Shown: positions 53,286 through 64,000 of the stretch, piece by piece
Position numbering within the stretch: position 1 is the stretch's first letter
Layout of the letters: every line of letters starts with the position of its first letter
DNA from: Phyllosticta citribraziliensis
Lineage: Eukaryota
Reading direction: 5' to 3'
DNA length: 64,000 nucleotides
NCBI RefSeq assembly: GCF_038025025.1
Contig: NW_027117341.1
Coordinates: forward strand, 2,356,001-2,420,000
Program-made: the position numbers and the translations under genes
The notes under the pieces: model-generated
Database searches by the model: none
Told to the model about the DNA's origin: nothing
The model's input: the letters and a program-made list of their open reading frames with translations, nothing else

Positions 53286-55993
53286 ATGGCGTCTGGAGAT
53301 GAAATCCAGCCACCTCCTCCTTCGCCGCCCATACGCCGGCTTGGAGAGTTTGAGCAATCTGCGATGCCAGGTCGCCGCGCTCCGCCCTTTCTTTCCGTCG
53401 CCTCCACCCTGGCAAGCCTTCCGCCTACATAGCCAATTCGTAGCGGGGTCGCGCCAAAGCCGCCGGACATGACAATCAAATTCCACCATCTGGTGCAGGT
53501 CGCCGCGCGGCTCAAGATCAAAGTAAAAGGACACCTGAGCGCGGACGGCCTCCACTATTTCGCCCTCCCCACCGCCACATTTTGGCGCACTCGGCCCATC
53601 GTCGACTACATCAGCCCTCGACAAGGCCCGCAACGCCCGTCTCCAAACCTCTGCCTGCGGCGTCTCCAAGCGCGACTGGGCCACAACCGACATTTCACAG
53701 GCGGCGGGCCAGCTGGAAATTGCCGACCATGAAGAAAACGCCGGGCCATGTCAGCCCGAGAGCATGGACGTGGACGAGAAGAAGGTAGGTAGTAGTTCGC
53801 CCTCACTTTTCATTGCGCGTTGCTTACAGTCGGCCCTCACGGCAGGACACCTCGACCGTTACCGCCACGCAAACCGTCTCGCCCGCTCCCTCCGCAACAC
53901 CTCCTACCGCTGTCCCATCCATAAACCAAAACGGAATCAAGAAGGCGACGGACAATGCCCAGCACACTCGAACAGACGTGGATGACGAACACGGTGACTC
54001 CAACCGTGGCAACCGCCAAGTTGATGCTGTCCGCGACGGCGACGACGGCGACTACGGCAACGATGAATTCGAGGGCATTGCAAGCGATGACAGCGACAGC
54101 AGACAAGGCAATGGCCAAACGATGTGCCCGGAACCGAGATGGCTCGGCGAAACGACTATACGCGTGCCAGCCTGCCGTTGCCCTTGGGCAACTTCAACTC
54201 GGGTCTGGAAGACTATAGCTTCGTCGACGCCGACACCTCTGCAGCGTCGCCAACACGCTTGGCTGCCCCGGGCCTTTCCTCTCCTCTTCCCAACTTGCAG
54301 GAGAGAGACGAGACTACCATCCAACATGTTCGCGGTCGCACCTCCACGACACCACGAAAGCGTCAGCGCGCGCAATGCGAATCCGAGCCGTACGGCCCAC
54401 CTCTCAAGATCCGCCGCATCGCCTGGGACGTGAAGTCTACACATGCTCAATCTCGGGCTCATCGTGCTCGTCTTTTACCTGAATCCTACGCAAACATGCT
54501 GTCGCCGCTTTTCGAAGATGTCGACAATAGACCTTACGCCCGACGCCCTCCGGATGCCGAGGGAGAAACGGGTGGGCAAGGCGACCTTCTCCGTGGCGCG
54601 CTCTCCGACGGTCATGTATCAGTCCGCCGCCCTCGCCGTTCCTTGAGCCTGCCAGCACCCGATACCAATCGCAGTGGAAACGGACACAAGGTCGCAGACG
54701 GTCCGGTGGCACAGCAGCAGGCCGATCCAAGCCCGCACAAGTCAAGGGATCCCTCCAAAGACTCGAGTCACCCCTCGCCCGACACAGTCCGCATCGATGA
54801 CGACCCCGACCCAGCAGCGACAGCTGTTGACACTCCTTGGCCACCTCTCCAGGCCGCATAGATTCTCAACCAGCCACGCCCTTTCAAGTGGCTCGGACAC
54901 GTAAGCATCTGGGGAATTGTTGAGCTGTTCTTGCCGCCAAGCCAAGTCCGGATCGTTGATGTCGCTGGGCCCAAGGCAAGCGAAACATGGGATGCATGGG
55001 CGTCGCGCAGTCGTCAGCGTCGACTGGAATCCGATGCGATGCTCCTGGTCCCGCTGTACGTGAGCCGACAAAAGCATTGGGTCCTGGGTCCTGATGTGCT
55101 TGGATCTCGAGTTCCATCGTGCCTCCCTCTTTATTCAATCGGGCGATGAGGCCACGGCACGGGACCTTGGAGTGGCAGCAAGGGCTATGGTAACAGCGCT
55201 CAATCTCTCCTGGAATGGAGGAGAGTGGAGCTATCAAAGCGACCCAAAGGTAGCCCGATCTCCTCCCCGCTGTGTGCAACTCGTGCATGCAAGCGCTAAC
55301 CAAGGTGATGCACAAGGCCCTCCAACAGACCAACGGCCACGACTGTGGCATCTACGTCATTGTCAGCGTCTACCTCTTTGCCCGTACCGACCTGCCCTTT
55401 GAGATTGACGCGTCGTGTTGGCGGGTGACATTTACGCGCGCCCTTGTTCATCCTCGGCCGGACGACCAAGGTTCTGAGGGCCTGTTCACCTCTTTGAAGG
55501 TGCCGGATGCTCCGCCGGACGCGCAACACCAACCTCGAGGCGCCGGAGGCCTGGTCAAGGCTGCGCAAACACTGCAGGATCGGTCCAAGATTCTGGCGAA
55601 AGCCGTGATGCGCGCCGAAGAAATGATTCGCGTCGTCCAGCTGGCACGCATGCGACCCTGGACGAGGCACGCAGGGACGTTTCGATGCGCGAGCAGCTGG
55701 TGCGCGAAGTGGCCAACCTGCCCCGGTCGCACGCATCCGACGTCCAGATGCTCCATCGGCTCAAAGACGATCTAAGGCATGCACAGGCACAGTTTTCAAA
55801 GGAAGAGGTGGTGGTCCAGCGGCTGTGTACCCGGACAAGTACCACGATCCTCAAGACGCTGTGCCAGTGGTTAGACAAGCAGCGGTCAGAGCTTGGGCAG
55901 CTTCGGGAGCAGGCCGACCGTGATGAAGCTTTAGCTACGGCGGCGGTCAAGGAAGAATGCAAGATTCTAAAGCAATTCTTATACTTGTGTTGA
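53286..55993 (+). pseudogene. Ulp1/C48 protease-like gene, copy 2, heavily disrupted
   Basis: ATG 53286; TAG stops at 53430 and 54859; several frameshifts; probable intron from 53785 and intron 55250-55304. Motifs KHWVL(M)CLD and QQTNGHDCGIY; C-terminal coiled coil. Confidence 0.85.
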
Positions 55994-57694
55994 TTGACTT
56001 CGCCGTCCGTTTAGCCAGTCTGCATTCACAGACCACCTCCATACATGATGAAACACGAACATTCCGTGTTGTGCAAGACGACTACTTCGCTGCCTATCAC
56101 TTCCATTGCTGCCCCAAACGGGTTCGACAAGGCCTTGGGAAATTGGGCAACAAAAAGCGTAGAGTGAACCAAACAAAAAACACGGGCCGGCTGCGCATGG
56201 CCGCCGTCGACGTTTGACAATGCCGGGGCCCGGCGATTGACGACTTGCTGCGCGACATCCATGGACGGCTTGCACGTCCAGATGGCGGCGGACCAGACGC
56301 ACCACGTCTTCCGCGCCGTCAATGAGTGGGCGATTGAACAGGGCCATGCGCGGTGCCTGCACGGCAAGCTTCACGGATGAGGACCCAGGAGGTTTTTGTA
56401 CTTCAACATCCATTTGTGCAGGAGAAACGTGACAGGACCGACCATGTATGTACGTCCTCCACCACCTACACATACTCAAGCTCCCCGGCGCCACAACCAC
56501 CGGGCGCAGCGCCCTACCCCTCTCCAAGGCCGCATTGAACAGCAAGTTCTGGTCCTCAACTGCCAACCGTCGGTCTCTGATCTGGGCGAGTAGAATGGAT
56601 CGTCGCTGTCACTTGGTTTTGTCAGCTTTAGAAAGCCTGGATGGAAAGATGGCCATGACTTACAAGTGTTGATATATGATGGTCGGCGACCCTTGGATCA
56701 CTTCCTGTCCTTGTCCTTTGACTTTGTGTTGAAGGTCGCCACACACAGTCTCACTTCTTCCCTGTCCAGCAAGTTGCTGCCGTTGCAAGTCGAGGACTTG
56801 ACACGTCCAGCTGCTCCGGCCTCTGGTCTGGGCGAGTAGAATGGATCGTCGCTGTCACTTGGTTTTGTCAGCTTGGAAAGCCTAGAAAGATGGTCATGAC
56901 TTACAAGTGTTGATATATGATGGTCGGCGACTCCCTATCCCTCTCTACTTCTTCGTCACTACACACAGACACTCTCGAGCAAGTTGCTGCCGTTGCAAGT
57001 TGAGGACTTGGCACGTCCAGCTGCTCCGGTCCCTGATCTGGGCGAGTAGAATGGGTCGTCGCTGTCACTTATTTTTGTTAGCTTGGAAAGCCGGGAAAGA
57101 CGGTCATGACTTACAAGTGTTGATATATGGTGGTCGGCGACCCTCTCAACCTTCAATGACATCGCTACACACAGTCACTTGCTTCTCAAGCAAGTTGCTG
57201 CTTGGCACGTCAAGCTGCGAATCTGTCACTCGTGCCTCTCGGCTTCCCGTGCTCGCCTCTCCACTTCCCGTCCTTGTCTCTTGACTTTGTGTTGAAGGAC
57301 GGTGAAGGGGGGCCGGCGGGTGCCTGGACCTGGCCGTCGGGCGGTGCCGTCATAGAGCCATCCCAGGCCGGAGCCAGGAACCGGTACTTGGTGAAGGCGG
57401 GCCAGTCGAGCACGTGCTAGGCGTGGGGGTTGAGATGGGTCCTGCGGGCGCGCCCATCTGTCAGTCAGGGCATGAAAATACTTTAGGTACCATGTACGTA
57501 CTTTACTTGACGGCGGCCGTGAGGTCCATGTGAATGGCGACGTTGAGCAAAGATGAGCGCGTGTAGGCGTACAGCGCCATCTGCAGGCGAGAAGGGGACG
57601 TGTTTTGAATTGAGTAGTGGTTGTTGCTGACGACCGACGACAGGTAGACGGCGGGATGACTCACTACCAAGTCGGTAGATCCTCGGTCCGACAT
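55979..57694 (-). pseudogene. 'WMAP'-like family gene E, multi-intron, with a triplicated exon-intron unit
   Basis: Exon 1 from 57694, intron ~57506-57442, then THLNPHA*HVLDWPAFTKYRFLAP; aligns with genes A and B but lacks the Cys residues. Confidence 0.5.
56575..57210. repeat. Three tandem ~210-246-bp units, each containing a minus-strand spliceosomal intron
   Basis: tctgggcgagtagaatgg starts at 56581, 56827 and 57037. Each unit has GTAAGT...GCT(G/A)AC...AAG on the minus strand. Confidence 0.88.
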
Positions 57695-58040
57695 CGCCAG
57701 TTACGTCAGTTCCTCAGACCTCTTGCCCACCTGAGGTTTTAGCAGAGCCAATCAGGGGGGGAGCAGGGGAGAGTGGAGAAAGGAAGAGAGGATAGAGTGT
57801 GTGTGCAAGGAGCATTCATCTGCTAAGGTATATGTAATATATCTGGATCCTTTACCATCTGTTTCGTGGCAAGCTTATGTCATCCGCGGGGCCTAATCCC
57901 GCTGCGATTGCGCCCGCAACAACAACAACAACCTCGACTATTGCGTCCGCCCGTCGCGTTTTTGTCTTCCTCAGCCACATCACAATGTCATCGCACGTCC
58001 TCCTCTTCCGCCTTCTACCTCGTACACTGTCGCATCCATC

Positions 58041-60613
58041 ATGAATCCGTCTCCTTCAATGCAGGATCTCATCGCGCAGGTCAATGCGTTTGAGCAATCT
58101 GCGAGCGCATCTTCTGCATCTGTCCTCGAGGACTTCTTCAAGCTCAGAGAGGCCTTCTCCCGCCGCAAACTAGACATCTGGTCGCGGCTCGGTGACGCCT
58201 CCAAGTGCGCCGTTGCGCTTGGTCACCTTGCATCTTCACACTGCACGTCGAATGTGCGGCGCATCGCTACGTCGCCGTGGAAGCTCGACACGCAGCAGCT
58301 CCTGCGCGAGTTTGGGCCTCGCTCCCTCATGTCGCGCTCTCTCATGTCGCGCTCTCTCGTCTCCAACCTGGCAATTTTTGCGACGCACGCTCCGCCCATG
58401 ATCGACTCAGAACGCGCGTTGGCAATGATACGAGAGGCTCACGCAAATCGGCTAGAGTCCAAGGACAGCGGAGTCCAGCGCAGCGACTACATCTAACCCG
58501 TCGACGTACGCACCGCAATGGACAAGGACGTTGGCAATGTCACGACTCGCAAACGCAAGCGTCGAGGCACCTCTGCTGAACCATCATCAGCTGCAGGGCT
58601 TTTGGATGTATGATGCCGACGGGGCCTAGGTGTGTGCGTCTTTGAAGAAGCTAAGCACTAATGGGTATTCCTCAGGCTACTGCTGGTTACTTGAGCGATT
58701 CTGCCTCTGATATTAGCGTTGAGCATGCCCGCAATCAGCTGCCACCAGGAGGACGGGAAGACCTTCAAGGTACCATGTCTCCCAGGGAGAGCGTCATCTC
58801 CGATGATGAAGCTGCTGGGTTCGTTGATGGATGTGCGTATGCCCCGTCAACACCATTGGTGGTTCTAGCTGACCCCTCACCAAAGCAGATTTACACGCCT
58901 CGCCCGACCATAGCCAAGGAATGCGCTTCACCAACACCTGACCCTCACGACAGGCCTCCAATCCGTCATCCTACACCAGCGAGCCCGAAAGCGCCCCGTC
59001 AGAGACTGGGCAAGATGCCGCAGACTGAGTATAGCTGGCCGGACACGGAGCAAAGCGACTTGATGCGTGCGGTGAAGCCCAGGGCTCCAGTATCGGACAA
59101 CATGGGCGTTGGTACTGGTTCCAAAGCGCCCCTTCAGAGACTGGGCAAGATGCAGCAGACTGAGTATGGCTTGCTGGACACGGAGCACAGCCAAGATGAC
59201 TCGATGCCTACGGCGAAGCTCAGGGCTCCAGTACCAGACAACATGCACGTTGGTACCAGTTCCAACGGCCGAAGCGGACGGCCACTCAAGCGACAGATTG
59301 ATGGCTTAGTGGACACGGAGCAAAGCCAAGATGACATGATGCATGCGGTGAAGCCCAGGGCTCCAGTACCAGACAACATGCACGTTGGTACCAGTTCCAA
59401 TGGCCGAAGCGGACGGCCACTCAAGCGACGAATTCTTGAGCCGCCGGAATCTCTTGCTCGCGCCAAGACGCTCGGAACCCATAGTCCACCTTCGCCTTCT
59501 CGTAGTGCTTCATCAAGTCGGCTTAGAGAGGCCGCTCAAATTGGCCAGCCAGAGCAGCAACCTGATGCTACTGCTGCTACTCGACGTCGGCTTTCGCCGC
59601 CAGGCTGGCTAAGCTCTACTGACATCTCTCAACTGATTGCCAAATTTATACAGCCTGATAGCCGTTTGCTTGACATTGGTCGCTCTGGAGATGGTGGTCC
59701 CCCATGGTCTGAGTGGACTGCCCACTATACTCTCAAGACTGAGCACAAACATGTCCTCGTGCCGGTGCAAATGGCGAGAAGTCACTGGATACTGCTACAC
59801 GTCGACATTCCGGCTTCACGCGCAAGAGTTTATGATTCGCTGGCTCCGAGTCTAGTTGTCCGAGATGCTGAGGACATGGCCCGCGCTATTATGAGCAGCA
59901 TGGATATATCCTGGGATGGGTCCTGGAAGGTTGAGATGGTGACGCATGTGCGTCAGACTGGGACAGATGACTGCGGTGTCTTTGTCATTATATTCGCCAT
60001 CTACATCGTTGCGCGTGCACCTCTCCCCACTGAAGCCAATGCGCCACTGTGGCGTTTGCTCTTCCAATACCTGCTATTGGGCGAAATCGAAACGGGAGTC
60101 GACCATCTTGTACAAGACGATCAGGCTGTGCAAGGCTCCGAATCCAGGCAAATGCTCCTAGGACTGCACGAGGCGGCGGCCAGGGCAAAAAAGCTCTCGA
60201 AGCTCGACCGTGACCTCTCCGCCATGTCCAGACCGGTCCTGGACATCATGGTCAAGACCAACCGGCGCGTCGAGCAAGACGCCATGGCCATCGAAGCCCA
60301 GTCGGCGCACGTCGAGGACCATCGCCGCAGCCTGGCGTATCACTTTCCCTCGTCCTCCTCGGAACAACAAGCTCCTCGAGCTTCGGGCGAGCGCGACATG
60401 ATGGCCGCGGTCCTCGGCTGGATGGAGACCAAGCTTGTGCGTCTCAAGGCCGCACGCGCCGCGGCGCAGGCTGGCGCGAAGGAGATGCAGGCCGGGTACC
60501 AGGCTCTCAAAGACCTGGTGGACACGGCCATTGCGGAGAGCGATGAGCAGCTCAGACGGGCAAGGGTGGCGACGGACGAGGCCGCGAAGATTCTCGGCGA
60601 ACTTGGCAAGTAG
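58041..60613 (+). pseudogene. Ulp1/C48 protease-like gene, copy 3 (~834 codons) with a single premature TAA
   Basis: Exon 1 58041-58607 (TAA at 58494), phase-0 intron 58608-58675, exon 2 open to 60613. Motifs WLSSTDI, SHWILLHVD, VYDS, RQTGTDDCGVF; coiled-coil tail. An in-frame ATG at 58518 could still give an active protease. Confidence 0.85.
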
Positions 60614-61899
60614 GCGGCGGGTTGTTGCAACTTTCAATGGTCCCTCGGCGCTCAACAGTATGTTTCCATGAGCAGTGTTTTCATCGCACATGCAGGCAGC
60701 ATCTCGACACGTCCTGTTCTCTCCTCTCCGTGTCCATAATTAGTCTAGCGTGTGTGTGGTGCTGCCGGCGGGCGTCGCCCCCGAGTGATATCGCAGTCTC
60801 GCACACTCACCTACTACAGTACCCACCCACCCGATCAATCACCTTGTTTCGCACTTCGTCCGTCGGTCGGTCCTGACCTCCCGTCCTTGGTGTAGTTAAG
60901 GTACCCGTCAATCGACCTCCGGGCTTTCCTCGCCCGCCCGCCCCACACAAGAAGCACGCTCGCCCGCCCACGTCTGCCACGTCGATCACGCAGCCAGCAA
61001 CCAAGACGCTCTCCTCGATACATACCGACGACCACTCGATGGATGTGTATTCCCCGGCCGGGCACAAACGGAAATCCAGCTTTCGTTTCCTTCACGGGCG
61101 TCATTATGCCTGGCACTTGGACGTCTCATGTTCGGTTCCCCACGACGGCGCCGACCGACCGAATCGCTCCCTCCCTCGCCCGACTTTTGCCATCATCGCA
61201 TACATACATACATACATACATACATACGCACACGAAGGACGGTCGAGACGTTGTTGGAGCACGCCAGACAGACAGACGATCAATGATGATGCAATTCGTG
61301 AGCTTGCTAGTGAATGCTAAGTTGATGAAAGCCCTGCTCCGGCGCCCGTCAAGCTCACGTCCACTAGAGGACTCTACGACGGTCAACAAGCACACGGCCG
61401 GCGGCGGCGAAGCTCGCACCTCTAGCTTTATAGAATGTCCCCCATTCCGCGACTAGAGCCAAGCACTGGCGATCTGAGCTGGAAACGAACAAGTTGTTGG
61501 GGGCAAGACCTCGCCGTTTCGTGAATATTGGAGAGGAGGATCCGCAGAATGATGGCCGTTGCCTTGATTTCCACCACCACTAGGGGTTATGATTTGATCT
61601 AATGCGACCGCGTGTTCTCCACCGGTGAGCCGGCCGGCCGGGTCGTTTGCATCTGTTGAGGGCTTGCCTGCCTGCCTGCCCGCCTGCAATTCCCCCGGGC
61701 CCCTGGCTCAGCTTGTCTTGGTTGTCCTTAGAAGAGTCGTCGTCAGATGCCGTGACCGACGTGCGACCCGCGGCTCCGTTTCACAGGCAGGATGCGCGCT
61801 TGCGGCGGAAGAAGCCTGTGGCGGGTTGTACGGCGGAGGAAATAATGGTGGCTGGCGAAGATGGAAGTCGGCGAGAGATGAACTGGATCTGCTTGGGGC

Positions 61900-63215
61900 T
61901 CCCACGATTCATGCCCGCCGCATCTTCCTCTACTTGATGCCCTTGGCCTGCTCTCATACTTCTTCTTGTCGTTCTTCTCGTTCCACGCCTTTATAATCTC
62001 CTTGTCAACCTTAAAGCCCTTGGGCGCGTCATCCAGTGGTGTTTTCTACGTCCATAACTAACTGGCGAAAGGAAGCCAGAGGGAGTGAGCGGCAATTTGC
62101 GCGAGTGGCGATGATTGGAGGCGATGCCAGTCTGGTGAGCGAGTAGGACGTGGCGGTACATACAGCGGCTGTAGATGGTGTCTGTGTTGTACCGGTAGCA
62201 GCCTTGGTTTGGTCATTGGCCTTGCGCAAGAGCGCCTGCGCAACGTCGCTTTGGTCCTCGCAGGGTAGACCGGGCTTGGATTGTCGAGGTTGAATAGCTT
62301 GAAGAGCTCTTTACAAGCTGTTTCTTTGGCTTTTTTTGCCCGTTGCGAAGCCGTTGGCGGCAATCCAGCGCTGGATCGCAGCCAAAACGTCTGGGTGTCC
62401 CTGCTTTGGGAATGACTTCCCGTTCGTCTTGATATTGATGGGCGTACCGAGGAAGGACTGCGAAACGGGAAAATTGTCCGTGCTTGCTTCTGCTGCCGGT
62501 GGTCAGTCTACTTGCCCGTGGCATACACTGTTTCCGTATCTCAGGCGCGGCAGATGCGTTGGCGAAAGGCGGCTCCATTCTGTCTGACAAAGGAAACAAG
62601 AGAACTTTCATGAAGACAGTACTGTCTCAGACCTCAAAGCAAGCAAGCAAGCAAGACACCTGCAGTTCCTGCAAGACTGCAGTTGACGCGCGCAGGCGGC
62701 CTTTGTCAATGATGGACGAATCCAGTGTGAAGAGGCTACAACAGGATGTCCAAGTAACAAAGGAAAGAAGAGAACCAGCGACACGACCATCTCTTGGACC
62801 TACCTCGGAGCAACCGGAAATCAGCAACCAAGTAAGACATGACTGCGAGACTGCAGTCGAAGGTGTGCGTTGCGATGGACGAAGCGACTCGGCGGGTCCG
62901 TCTTGCTGGCAGGTGTATTCTTTGCGGGCTCGACGCGGGCAGCGCGTTGCGGCGCAACAACAGCGTCAAGGTCGTGGGCGACACCAAGGACGAGAGGCGA
63001 GACGCGGCCGCGGTGGGTCAGCCCAGCCCAGCCGTGGTGGCATCGGCGCCGGTGCCGGCGGCGAGCTGCTGTGAGACTGTTGTGCTGGCGGCATCTGCAG
63101 TGACGATGACAAGACGGGCGACGGCGCGATGGCTTCGTTGGCCGACCAGTTGACAGAGCCGGGCGCGGGCTCCGACTTTGACCTGGAGTCGTCCTTGCCT
63201 ACCCCTGCACCTCAT
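61900..63215 (-). pseudogene. 'VTWT/LFKLFN' family gene D, disrupted (ends approximate)
   Basis: SFVTWTSC...IIDKGRLRASTAVLQELQ then a GT donor at ~62659; ELFKLFNLDNP; WLPFAS*LWT*. Motif order matches gene C. Confidence 0.55.
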
Positions 63216-63395
63216 CCACTCAACTGTCCATAATGCAGGGGGTTGACTATGTTATGATCAGGTAGAGACAAGGGAAAGGGAGAAGAACAACAGGTTGGCA
63301 GTGGAAAAAAGACATACACGACCCTCTTTATCAAAACCCTGCGTGACTAAAAGGAAAGGAAATTGGCGAGATTCCAGTAACAAGAAAACTAGCCG

Positions 63396-63704
63396 CTACT
63401 TCTCCTCTCCCTGCTTGTTGTCGATGCGTCCCCTTTCTTCCACAGCTGTCGCCATCAAATCGGCATAAGTGAACACGGACTGCTCTAGGATCTGCCTCTG
63501 CGCGTCAAGGCAACACTCCGTAATCCACCTAGACTTGGCGGTGGTGGCGGTGTTAGAAGCAAGGGAGGCATCCCACATGTCCTCCAGCTGCTCAATGATG
63601 CGGCCCGATATCTTGACAATGCTCCAAGAAACCCAGTCCTTGTTGGACGTGGTTATGGGCGCGGCGGCGGTGGCGGCAGGGGGAACTCTACCGCTGCCGG
63701 CCAT
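63396..63704 (-). CDS. Hypothetical protein, possibly the 3' part of a gene extending toward the window end
   Basis: 102-aa ORF with protein-like composition; no recognisable domain. Confidence 0.3.
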   Translation of the reverse strand: MAGSGRVPPAATAAAPITTSNKDWVSWSIVKISGRIIEQLEDMWDASLASNTATTAKSRWITECCLDAQRQILEQSVFTYADLMATAVEERGRIDNKQGEEK

Positions 63705-64000
63705 AGGCTTGGTTTTCCAGATGGGGAGAGGAGGAGGAAGTTCAGCACTAGGAGAGGAGTGCTGTTCGACTTGTTGCGCTTCTAATGCTCTTGCTCCTCC
63801 GTCTCCTCCTCCTCCTTATGGAGCCGTAGTGATGGGCTTAACGGGCGGGGCGCACTGTTACACTGCTCCAGCCTTGGGCTTTAGAGAGTTGTCCGTTGGT
63901 GCATACATCGGCGGCCTTTAGGGACACTATCATCTGGTGTTAATCAGGGACCACTAGTTGAGAAAGACCTGGCCTACCATGGATGGGTTAAGTTCGAGCC

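Noticed and set aside
28750..64000. Calling the region a Starship, Polinton or KDZ element
   Set aside because: No tyrosine recombinase, DNA polymerase B, capsid, integrase or KDZ transposase motif was recognisable in the window. It remains possible outside it.

Overview
Fungal (filamentous ascomycete-type) genomic DNA in two sharply different compartments. Bases 1 to ~28,750 are an AT-rich, ORF-free block of nested transposons mutated by repeat-induced point mutation (RIP). It holds a full-length Ty1/copia element with LTRs and target-site duplication, a 5'-truncated Ty3/gypsy chromovirus-type element, a near full-length Tad1-like LINE plus several 3' fragments, solo LTRs and two MITE-like families. 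Bases ~28,750 to 64,000 are GC-rich and contain no housekeeping gene I can recognise. Instead they carry a dense, mostly decaying cluster of intron-containing genes from a few divergent paralogue families: three Ulp1/C48 SUMO-protease-like genes sharing an unrecognised N-terminal domain and a C-terminal coiled coil, three genes with a C3H-finger-like/'WMAP' domain, two 'VTWT...LFKLFN...WxxxAxxxW' genes, a chromodomain gene and a coiled-coil/transmembrane gene. Four intergenic arrays of a 12-bp quasi-palindrome (CYCGCYRGCGRG) are interleaved with these genes, three of them with TGACTCA and TCACGTGA sites. I read this as a candidate undescribed chromatin/SUMO-modifying selfish or accessory module. 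No transposase or recombinase for it is visible in the window. Gene models were built by eye and need homology searches.
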